Part shown: piece after piece, positions 1 to 12,100 of the stretch | How the letters are laid out: each line of letters starts with the position of its first letter | Position numbering within the stretch: the first letter of the stretch is position 1 | NCBI RefSeq assembly: GCF_026571515.1 | Contig: NW_026865396.1 | Span: forward strand, 62,001-126,000 | From: Ruditapes philippinarum | Taxonomy: Eukaryota | Length of the DNA: 64,000 bases | Direction: 5' to 3' | Translations under genes and position numbers: made by a program | Notes under the pieces: generated by a model | Told to the model about the DNA's origin: nothing | The model's input: only the letters and a program-made list of their open reading frames with translations | Databases searched by the model: none

Positions 1-158
1 TGTACCCTCGTCATTGTGAGTTAATTTGAACTTGCCGTTTTTACCGTTTTTATGTTTTTCATGTTTCACTTTAATTTTGGGCGATGAATAATTATGATTT
101 CTGTACGGATCTCTGTCTAGTGAATCTGTGTGATTAGTTACCTCCGCGTTGATGAAAT
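1..158 (-). CDS. RAB23: RAB23 coding exon 7 (partial, hypervariable tail)
   Basis: TTTCAG acceptor at 160-159; open, in phase: [52 protein letters not shown]; stop and CAAX lie outside the window. Confidence 0.8.
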
Positions 159-3100
159 CTGAAATATAATATAGTTTACATTAGTGATTTCTTTCCGTAA
201 TACATTGTAGTAGTAAATGATATTAAAGATGTTTTGGTAGTTTTCATATAGACATATAAGTTAATTAAGTTTTAATTTTGTCTATATGTCTATATATATA
301 AACTCTCGAAAACTTCCTTAAGTAAAAGAGAAACTTATTTTGTTGGTTTTTTTTTTTTTTAATCTAGATCAACAGGAAGTATATGTATTTAAGTTTCAGT
401 TTGATTGTAAAAGGGTGCATAAAATTATGAGAAAGAACTCAAAACGGTTGTGTATTGTATAAATGTGCTTAACATTTACAATAAAAGAGGTCTGACTTTA
501 AGTCATACTAATAAAGTATTATTGAAAATTTACTGAAGGGGGGGGGGGGGTAAAAAGCAATATTCAAACCTAAAGCAGGAAACCTTTGTAGAACCACAGT
601 CACTGTATAAGCCAGCTAGATGTAGTTCCTTATATAATTAAAGCAATCCACATCAAGACTTATTAGACTACGTCAAAACCTACAGCACATAAAAGTCAAG
701 TAATTGGAATTCTATAGTTTATAACTAAATATTTCAAATAAAACCAAATAAAGAAGGAAATATTTACTTGATCCTATCTGATGATAGCTGATTGGTTCCT
801 CTTCCTCCTCACAATTCAACTGGTGCACATATTTCTCAGCCAGGTACCGGAACACTAAAATTTTGAAATAAAGGGTCATAATATTGAGCTACTGGTGCAC
901 ATATTTCTCAGCCAGGTACCGGAACACTAAAATTTTGAAATAAAGGGACATATTATATTGAGCTACCAGTAGTATAGAAGTGTAGAGCCTGGTCAGACTG
1001 CATGGTTTAGTTCTATACTGGTGACAAAGGCTAATTAACATTCAGTTATGACTGGTAAAAGGTTAGAAGCAATGGGAACTACCATAGTATTAGATACAGC
1101 AGACTTCATATAGTCAAATAATAGACAATGAATGTTGAAACATAGATCTGATCCATTCCCATTTATACCTTCCTTAATTAAGCAGTGTTCAATTTGCAGG
1201 AACCGCAAAATCGATTGTCCGTAACCCAAAGCCAGTACAAACATGTGGAAATTTTCAATAATTTACTATACAGACAAGATAAGAAATGCTTTAGATAAAA
1301 ACAGACAAGTAAGTCAAAATCAGATTTTGTCAGCCCTGAATTATGTTAGAACCAATGAAAAGATTACCTCAAGCACAAGGCTAAATAAAGCTGTAGTAAT
1401 GAACTTGGCATCCACTGTTTTTAGTACATGATCTTTTTCTCTAAATTTGGTGATAACTTGTAGCATACAAATCAAAAGGTGAACAAAGGAGGTAAGCTAG
1501 TGGTTCAGATGTCTGCCTTTTGACCCAGAGGTCATAGGTTTGAACTCTACAGAGGTCGATCAAAACTACTAGTTTTCTCCACCAGTAATAATGACTTCCA
1601 GGAAGCAGACTTGACAAAGGTTCAAATAATAAACTTCCATCCTTTATCATGATTAAATAGGTATTTTTAAATTATAAAGCTGGAAATTGAAGACTGTATA
1701 AATATCTCACCTTCCTCAACATTGAGGTTATCTTTTACTGACGTTCTGTAAAATCTCAGTCGTAACTTTTTGGCAAGTGCTTCCGCTTCCTCCCTAAAAA
1801 ATAGAAAATCATATAGAACATGTCCTAAAATGGGAAGTGATACAGAACATGTCCTAAAATGGGAAGTGATACAGAACATGTCCTAAAATGGGAAGTGATA
1901 CAGAACATGTCCTAAAATGGGAAGTGATACAGAACATGTCCTAAAATGGGAAGTGATACAGAACATGTCCTAAAATGGGAAGTGATACAGAACATGTCCT
2001 AAAATGGGAAGTGATACAGAACATGTCCTAAAATGGGAAGTGATACAGAACATGTCCTAAAATGGGAAGTGATACAGTACATGTCCTAAAATGGGAAGTG
2101 ATACAGTACATGTCCTAAAATGGGAAGTGATACAGTATATGTCCTAAAATGGGAAGTGATACAGTACATGTCCTAAAATGGGAAGTGATACAATACATGT
2201 ACTGAAATGGGAAGTGATACAGTACATGTCCTAAAATGGGAAGTGATACAGTACATGTCCTACAATGGGAAGTGATACAGTACATGTCCTAAAATGGGAA
2301 GTGATACAGTACATGTACTGAAATGGGAAGTGATACAGTACATGTCCTACAATTGGAAGTGATACAGTACATGTCCTAAAATGGGAAGTGATACAGTACA
2401 TGTCCTGAAATGGGAAGTGATACAGTACATGTCCTACAATGGGAAGTGATACAGTACATGTCCTAAAATGGGAAGTGATACAGTACATGTCCTAAAATGG
2501 GAAGTGATACAGTACATGTCCTAAAATGGGAAGTGATACAGTACATGTCCTGAAATGGGAAGTGATACAGTACATGTCCTGAAATGGGAAGTGATACAGA
2601 AAATGTCCTAAAATGGGAAGTGATACAGTACATGTCCTAAAATGGGAAGTGATACAGTACATGTCCTTAAATGGGAAGTGATACAGTACATGTCCTTAAA
2701 TGGGAAGTGATACAGTACATGTCCTAAAATGGGAAGTGATACAGTACATGTCCTGAAATTGGAAGTGATACAGTACATGTCCTAAAATGGGAAGTGATAC
2801 AGTACATGTCCTAAAATGGGAAGTGATACAGAAAATGTCCAATTTAAAATTGTCTAAAATTCTTTTATAAAAATGACATGCAAAATTTACTGTACCACTA
2901 GCGTAAAATTTTAGTTAACTGAAAATAGCCATTAACTTTGAAATTTTCCCATGAATTCAGCTGTGACAAATAGTTTAAGTTTATAAAAAAAAACACACAC
3001 AAACAAAATTATAATATAAATTTGAAACAGTCGTTGACTCAGAAAATGATGAAAGTGCACAGATAAATATCATAATCAAATGAACATAAAACGCACTGCC

Positions 3101-6100
3101 TAGATTTTGAAAATATTTAACGTAAAATCACAAAAGAAATAAACTCATCACGCGTAACATTAACGTCTTAAATCAAAAATCGGAATTATCATTGGATACT
3201 AATGATTGAGTCAATGACGCGGAAATAATAATATTGTTATTATCGTGATTTAATCAGCGAACAAAGTTGCGATTTATCCCGTCGTAATTTGCGATTCATC
3301 CAGTCGTAATTTCTAATATATACCTCCAAAGCTTAAGATCAAGTAAAAAAATAAAAATTTGATATATAAACATCAAAAAGAAGTTGCTAGATAAAATCAT
3401 CAGCTTCTTGTCATAACCTGTTTACTTCACACATTACTTTCTGGAGATAGTTACGGTACTTTTCATTTTAACTAAAATAAGTGTAACATTTTTATAGGAT
3501 TTCATAACACCAGAAAGATAAAATGTAATAAAAAAGGTGTTTATATCTGTCAGATTTTTTGATATCATAATATTTTATTTCAGAAGGTAATATCTTTAGG
3601 AAAATGGTAAAAAAGATGTCACTTTACTCAAAATGTCAGTTTTAATCCATTCTAAAATAGGCGATAACTCGATGAAAAGTTTTGAAAGAGAATTAGTTCA
3701 ACAAGTATTGGCTAGAAGCTATTTCTTATGATAAGTATTCATGATTGAAACAAATTGATAAAAAAATAATTGAAAGAGAGTTTCATGCTCGATTAGGTCA
3801 TTTTCAGGAGCAGATAACTCTAAGTCAAGCATTCCAATTAATACCATATTTAATTTCAATTTATTTTCATGTTATTTCATCTTTAGTCATTAATATGCAC
3901 AGTTTAAAACAATCCTATCCAAAATATATTTTGTTATGCTTAAATGAGTAAACATACTATTTTTTTTTCAAAAAAAAAAGGGGGAATAACTTGAAGAAAA
4001 TTTTCAAAAAAGGGGGAATAACTTACGGTTGAACTACAGCATCATCTATGAGATCAATCTTGTTCTGTACAATAACCATACTTATCTCCCCTACTTCATC
4101 TTCTACCTGAAGATACATAATTTAAAACATACCATAAAATTCCTATTAAACGCCCTCGGGGGTATAACATTTTCCAAAGGGGTGGCGTTTATTATAAGAC
4201 ACAGGTTTTCCAAAACCAAAAATTATTGTAAATATGTTTGGTGTTACACAAGTTTTCTTAATCATGTTAAAAAGTTTATATGATACTTTGTGTTTACTAT
4301 AAAATAAAATGGATTCCGAAGGATTTGAATAAAATTATGAATTTACTCTTGAGTTCAGCACTGGTGAGTACATTAGAATTTTTGCTTATCAAATCCTTTA
4401 AATTTTCAAGCTTTTTTCTTTTTCCTTTTTTTATAATGAGTGTGGCGTCGCACCAACACAGTGTAAGTCATATGGCAACTTTCTAGCTTTACCTCGGGTC
4501 CACCTGAGTAGAACCCCCGACATTTCGTAACTAGCTGGTTAAATTTACAATAGAAAGTAGTTCTAAATCAATCAAATCAGTGGGCAAGTCCACGCTATAC
4601 AAAGTCAGCAATAAAAAAGCACAAAGTTTATAATGGTGGAAGATGCCAGATGAACAGGAAATGTGTTTGTAAGCTTTCACAGCGTCAGTGATAATACTGG
4701 ATATGTCTCTAGCTATTACCTTTCTTTTCCATGACTCTATTGCTTCAAAAGAATCTCTGTCTACGGTTGAAAATGCAAGTACACAAGCTTGAGCACCTGA
4801 AATAATACAAATAAATTACTTATAAATAAAACTTGCTTTATATACAGTTACACTGAACTGATCATAAACTGTACAGTTACTGTTATCTATATTATAATGA
4901 GTTCAAGTACTGCATGTTTGTGACATCATTATTCATTGGACAATAATGACATTTATATAAGGGGACAGACATCGAAAAATATTTTCAGTGTCACTGGTCC
5001 TGCAGGAAGAGAAGCTTCTAAATCCAATGTGCAGACAACATTTTTTACTTGTCCTGAATAAAGTTCTCTTAAATCCTACTCGTAATTATGGGGAACAAGT
5101 GGAATTTTCGATCTCTGGGAGAGCAGTGGCCTAGTGGTTATGGTTTCTGCCTCTCAACCCAGAGATCATGGGTTTGAGCCCTAAATCGGGTCACAAAAGT
5201 GTCTCTTCATATGACACCAGTACTATTAGTACTGGTTGGTTCCAGTAAGCAGACTCGTAAGTGACTAAAATATAAGTTGAAAATAAAGGCTGAAGGTCAC
5301 TTTAAACCAATGTAGTAAGTCATGTTACCCAACAACTCCTCATAATTAAGACGTTACTCACAAACCATAACACGATTTTCACTTTTGTTTCAAAACTACT
5401 TTGAATATTTACAAAGATAACAAAGTGATTTAAAACAATTTCTTATCCACAGGCTAGTTAAAATATATTAGGACATTTCTTTTCACTCCTAGTTTACTTC
5501 AAGCATAAAGATTTTCTATTGTGATTTGAAAAAAAAACCCTCTTTAATGTCTTCATCTTGGATCAAATTTATGTTGGATTCATTTAATTTCTTAATAATA
5601 TCATTAATTTGAATAAATTCCTCATCTAAACTGGGTATTTCAATAAAATAATTGAACGTGTTTTCAATACAGTTTAATTATACTGAGATAATGCTATCTT
5701 CCCGAAATCACACATAAATAAAATTTGTTTCGCAATCCACCTAGGAAATGAAAAAAACATTTTTTAACTATAAATCAGAGATAGGAATCATTAAATTGCT
5801 GTAATTATTATTACATTTGTAAAATGGAAACCATTCATATATAGTAAAACATGATTTAAATTGCCATATTTATATAAGCAAACATATAGATCATGTTTTA
5901 TGTATTAATTTTAATTTTAAAGGTATTGACCTTTGTTAAGTGTCCTTGACCTTTAAAAGAGCATCACCATATCAGCACTTCCTCTTTGAATACAAGATGT
6001 ACTTTGTCAGGCACTTTTAACTACTGACAAAGTAGTTATAAATACACTATTTTTACCTTATAAGCATTATTACACCAGCACATTATTAAGCAAAGAAGAA

Positions 6101-9100
6101 ATGTTTCTGGTCTATAGCCCTCCAAAACAGAGACTTGTATATAGGTAGAAATCTATTTTATATACAAGTACACTAGTATATAATTTTTTTTTTTAAATAA
6201 TTTTGTATAATATATGTCAAATCTATAAGTAAGATTTTAAAAAAGCAGTCAAAGGAAAACAATAAGTTGAGGGTTGACAGTTAAACATGAAGGTAGATTA
6301 TTTTAGTGAGGCCTGAAACGGAACTACTTTTTTCCGGCCTGATGTTGTTTTTGGTTTGAACCTTGTACAAATTAAGCAATGATCTATAGGTTTCACTGAC
6401 CAAGAATAAAATAGGACCAACAAGGATAATAACTATCATATCAAGAAAATGGGCGGGCTCTTTTAAAAGTTAAAATTTTCACTCATTTATCATGATCATT
6501 CATGTCAAGCAGAGTTCCTGGTATCCAATCAGTAATCAATCAATGATCGTTAAATTATTCCTTCACCTACCATAAAAATAATAAATCAATAATCTTAATG
6601 TAACGCTTTTCATAACCTGAAACCATCCATCATTGTATAAAAAACCTAACCACATGAGCGTAATAGTTGTGGTACCAGAACTTTTTTCAGAATTAAGTCA
6701 TTTATTGACGAAGCCACATGAAGGAAATAGAAACTTAGTATAATACAGAATTAAGTCGTTGACCTTGTTATATAAATGACAGTTTAACTATCAAGCTGTT
6801 TTTCTTAAACTATTTTTTTTATACAAAACTTTACATAAAGGGCTTAAGAGACAATAAAAAAAATCTTTAGCTTAATTGACTCTGCCCCTTGCTACTATCA
6901 TAGTAATATCTCAAACTTTTGCTAACTTAATTAACTGTATTATTCAAATTTCTAGCTTTTAATCAAATTTATCAGTAATTTTGATACACTTTAAGGTCTA
7001 TAAAATATCATTAACAATGCACCACATGAAAGTAAAAGGTTTTCAAACATAAAAGATGTTAAACCTGACCTTACCTTTCATAATCTTTCATTCTGCCTAA
7101 AGGGGAACACATTATATAAGCAATTTTCTTTATGTGAAAGGAAACTTAAAATTGTTTCCCTATATCACTATAAAGATGTTTATCAAAATTTGTTTATGGA
7201 TTTCTTATGTCTGAACTGAATCTAACAATAACAATTCTCCTGCAGTATAAGAAAATTATTTGAGCCGCGTCATGACAAAATCAACATAGTGATTGGTTTG
7301 CAACCAGCATGCATCTGCGCAGTCTGGTCAGGATCCATGCTGTTTGCTTACAAACCCTATAGCAAGTAGAGAAACTGATAGCGAACAGCATGGATCCTGA
7401 TCAGACTGAGCGGATGCGCAGGCTGGTCTGGATCCATGCTGGTCGCAAACCCACTATGTTGGTTTTGTCATGACGCGGCTCATTTTCTTTCCAGCTAATC
7501 CTCAACAGAGAGGGATTATAAAAAAATTTGAAATATCCATTAAGATATATAAATTAGTAAAATTATGTTCTGTCTACAAAGAACTTATTCTTGTGATGAC
7601 TTGGTGTTGTTATTATTTTCACTGAAGTGACAGTTCAAAATACATAAAGGAACAAACAGGAACATTATAATTATAATACCCTACCCATCAACATTTCTTA
7701 ATCTATTTGACTATGCCAGGGGCCATTACTCTGGCCATTACTAACTTAAACAAAATGTCCCAGTCTTATCATTTAAGTTCCTTTAGCAACTTCAGTTAAT
7801 AAATATTTCATGACATTCTCTCCAAAAAATACGAAAATAAATAAAATTTAATATAAGAATAAATGAATGAATTCCTAAGCCTTAAACATTAAGAAACACA
7901 TATATATGACGCACGACGCGAGAAAACCGGTCTTAATGACACTACAATAAATGTGCACTACAGCGATTTAAATGACGTCACTCTTATTGCGTATACACAT
8001 GTAAACACGGAAATGCTTTTTATCGTGTGTTATTGTTTTTTAAGTGTATTATCGTTAGAATTCAGAGGAAAGTTTATATGATGGAGGAGGAGTTAGAAGT
8101 AAGTATCTATAATGTATAATTTATGAAAAACAACAACAAAAATATATCATGCATGTTTATTTATCAGAGCATCGAATTGATAAATATTTACTGTTGGTAA
8201 TTTAACACTGACGTTCAATTTACACTACAGTACTGTACTTTAAGTATGCTTTGAAATACAGAAGAATAAATTAATCGGCAACATACATCGGTGCCTTTAT
8301 ATAGAATAAATTTACGTTGTTTTGATCTTAATTAAATCAAAAAAATAGATGAATACAGAATCCCTAAAGAAAGCCCAACACGGCAAAATTAAATCAAAGT
8401 CTATTGTAGGGGTTTACCAATCGATCTCATATTTTATAGGCAGATCTAAATTTAGGTTAATTTAAGAATAATCTAATCAGTTGCAATTTAAATTAATACT
8501 CTTTTTCATAATTCATTTACAGCCATGCTTGAATTTTTTCCAAGCGTATTTTAATAAGATCAAATAAGATTTGTACTAAAGAATTTAAAAGAATGCATGT
8601 GAGCCACTGATTTCTATTCGGAGGATATCATGATTTCTATGACCGTGATTACAAATACCGTTGTTTTAAAAACATCAAATTTATGTTTTATTTTGGATAT
8701 CCTTTGTTGTAATTTTATTAGAACGTGATCTATATAATGAGTGCATTAGACGTAGTGTTGCCACACGTGACTCTACAGCTTACGTTTATCCTGGTATTTT
8801 TTTCAGTTTGAAGCAAAATATTTACAATGATATAAGGGACAAGAGGTTTAATATATACTCAAAACTACCATCTTACACAATCAGATATACATCAGTAATA
8901 GGGATATACTACTAAAATATTACAACCACTACTTGTCAACTCATATAGTATCAGTTCAAATACCAGTACTGCTGCACCAGTATGTTTGGTTTGGAAGCAA
9001 ATAAATACCAGTGCTATAACATTTTAGGGATTTTACTATCATTTTACCAAGTCTGTACACGTTATATTCTAGGACAAAATAAAAACCGTTACACTGGTTA

Positions 9101-12100
9101 CGTTGGTTATTTTCTATGTTGGGCGATAAGACAGGACAGAATGAAAAGATCGAGTACCATATGCAAGAAACAGTTACTGATTCAAGAAATCTTCATTACT
9201 AAAGATTTTACTTACTTCTAGTTACTCGGCAATCTGAACTGATTTTGACACTCTTATCTGTTTTCTCAAAGACAAAATTAAATATGAACACTGTAGTATT
9301 GTTAAAAAGCACTTCAAATCGCAGCAGGTAATTAATGCTTTTCAATATTACAAAATAATTAAAATTTTCTTTTAAAGACACGCGCGGTGTTAAGTTGATG
9401 CGGGATTCGCACATCTAAAGGCATGATTTAGAAACACTTCAACAGCTGGCCGATGTTACAGAGAAGTCATCTACAACAAACAGCCGGTATGTTACCCCAA
9501 GCGGTCATGGCGGCAATGGAAACCCATTCTTGAGGGATTTTTCAAACCAGTTATTGGTATAAGGTAACCTATGTTTAACTCATTTAAATGTAAATGTTGA
9601 AACTCAGAACTCCAGACTCAGAAAATATCTTAAACATGAAAACTTAAGGGTTAATTTTTTCTTTAATCGTTTACAAGTAGCTTTATTTTCTTCTTTGATT
9701 AACTTTATATTTTGAAGAAAATGTAGATACTGTATAAATGGTCCTTAAAGAGTTATCTGTTAAAATACTTTATAAAATTTTTAAAAAAGCAAAAAAAAAA
9801 AACCGTAAGGAAATGGTTCTGTAATCACATATTAATAGAAATTGTTGTTACATAGAACTTCTCCACATGTATATTCTTCATGATCAGCATAAAATATTCC
9901 GGAACAAAATATTATGCAGACGGAATTCGCAACATATTTTCAGCTAATACACTTTAATGCGAGATAAATTCTGTAACATTTGTTTCTGGTTTAATTAGGT
10001 TTATATGTACGGATGGTCTTATTTTACATTTACAGTTTATGAAAATCAGTCATGTGACCATGTTTACTGTCATGCTCTAAAAACTGTCCAAGCTCTTCCA
10101 TTCGTTTAACTCTCTGAGTTGTAAATCTGCTCTGAATAATGTTTTTTTATTTATTTATTAAAGCATATTAGGAAATAAGTTTGCTGCATTTTTCATTACG
10201 GACAGTTATCATTTTTCTATAGATAGAAAATTCCTGCACTTCCGGTTCCAGTCGAACACACCGGGTGTGGTTATGGCCAAAGTAACACCTGAAGGCGAGG
10301 AAAGAACACGGATACCGGTTCAGTTCATGTGTCCGTCCAAGCGTTATTACACCCGTAGGAATGTCAGCAGTGTCGCGAAGTGTGCGTGCGTTCGTCAGTC
10401 AAGACAGTTAATCATATTATCAGTGCACTGTTACAACAGCTTAATGCTGATTTAAATATCAAGAACTGTTGTTGTTTGTTGTTAAAACACGGTCATTGTT
10501 TCTGTTATAAAGAAAAATAGAACTTATTATTTAACTGTCTATGTTTTTTTTAAAAGTATTAAACGTTAAACGTAGACTTATATACTGTTGTTGATTTATT
10601 ACTTTGGGTATATACCTAAAAAATTGTCTGATTTCAATCTATGCGACCCGTGCATACTAAACCGTGGTCTGCAATATTTGTTTTTCAAGCAGTATATAGC
10701 CTGAAAATTTCCCGTAAAGATGATGAATAATTTTGTCCAAATTTAAGGTATATAGTGTGGTAATGGTTGGAAAAAAACAATTATTTGCGCCATGTATGAC
10801 TCGCTTATGGGTTTTGTTATAACGTTGGTAAGCAACGCTAAAAATCGCAATAAGCGGGAAGTCTATAGTTTACATAACTTCATTACTAACTTTTTTACAG
10901 CTTAAACATACTAATGGAGTGAAGTTAAGATTCAAATATAATTGCCGTTTTAAATTTTCCAATTAACAACGTTAAACGTCAATTTAATTTTTCGACGTCA
11001 TTTATTTACAAAGTGATCAAATATATGACGTTCTTTAAATAAGTATATCTCAATAACTAACCCTTTGATTTTAAAACAGTTTTCACCGTCATATTCAGAA
11101 AGAAATTCTCTACAATAATAAGTGAAAAACCAAATTTCGAAAAAAATGTCATTAAGACCGGTTTTCTCGCGTCGCGCCTCATATGTAATTTTGTCTTCAC
11201 AAAAAACAAGTAGCATCACTGTGACTCAAAATTGTCTACAAAAAATTACAGGATTCAAATTCAAAGCATGGCTCTGTTTCAATAAAGTTTTTATAAATGT
11301 GAAGTTAAGATTTTTTTTTAACTTAACTGGACAATTTGCCACCAAAATGTTCATTTAAAACAGGTTTAATGACTTTTAAAGGTGTTAACAAAATTTATAT
11401 ATTATAATATATTCGACAAAATTTACACCACAAAAGGTCCGCATAAATTCAAGTGTTAATAACAGGGTGAAAAAGACGCTATTAAAACTTCATAAAAACT
11501 CCGTTTCAAATTGCTATATAATTTCAATCTGATCATTTAGAATTCATTTTAAACATTTCGGTGGCATTAGCTAGCCTTTTTATTGAACAGTTCATTCAAA
11601 CGCTGGCAAAAAAATCTTTTGTTCATGTAAGAACTTGATGGAAATACTTTTAATAGGTTTATTTATTCACTTTGAGTAATGTACACAAAGGTTATAAATG
11701 GTAAACATGGGGGACCTTCCATCAGGTATTATCAATCTATTGTAAGATGTATGTTTGCCGTTTTATGGCGACTACGCAGTTTGACTATCTCGGAGACAAA
11801 AGTACAATGAATATATAGACAATTTTAATCTATTACCGTGTTACCCAGTGATTCTACAATTTTAAAGTCCCTTTAAAAGGCTTTTTATACAGACTTAATG
11901 AATTCAGGTGATAGGACGGTTTTGAAGATTATCTCAACGTTGAAAATATTGTTAAAAGAATGGCCGATCATGTAAAGCTTTGATGTTATGAAGACACAAG
12001 GTTTTTAAACAGCTGTTCCAATGTCTCAATGTAATGTTTTGTCAATGTTTTGTTGCACTAGGTTATGATAATATTAAATTTAAAAGAATAAATAGGCGAA

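Noticed and set aside
2231-2488. 85-aa repetitive ORF (also the N-terminal part of 1667..1879)
   Set aside because: Translation of the minisatellite; only 1711-1793 is a real exon.
1813-2840. CRISPR-like array of 29-bp repeats
   Set aside because: Units are head-to-tail with no unique spacers, there are no cas genes, and the context is a eukaryotic intron.
2890-3960. Transposon-like CpG-richer segment in a RAB23 intron
   Set aside because: No TIR/TSD pair or coding motif could be established.
5118-5200. tRNA gene
   Set aside because: A/B boxes are present but there is no intact cloverleaf, and the sequence continues into a multi-copy SINE body. The same applies at 1486, 15798 and 32940.
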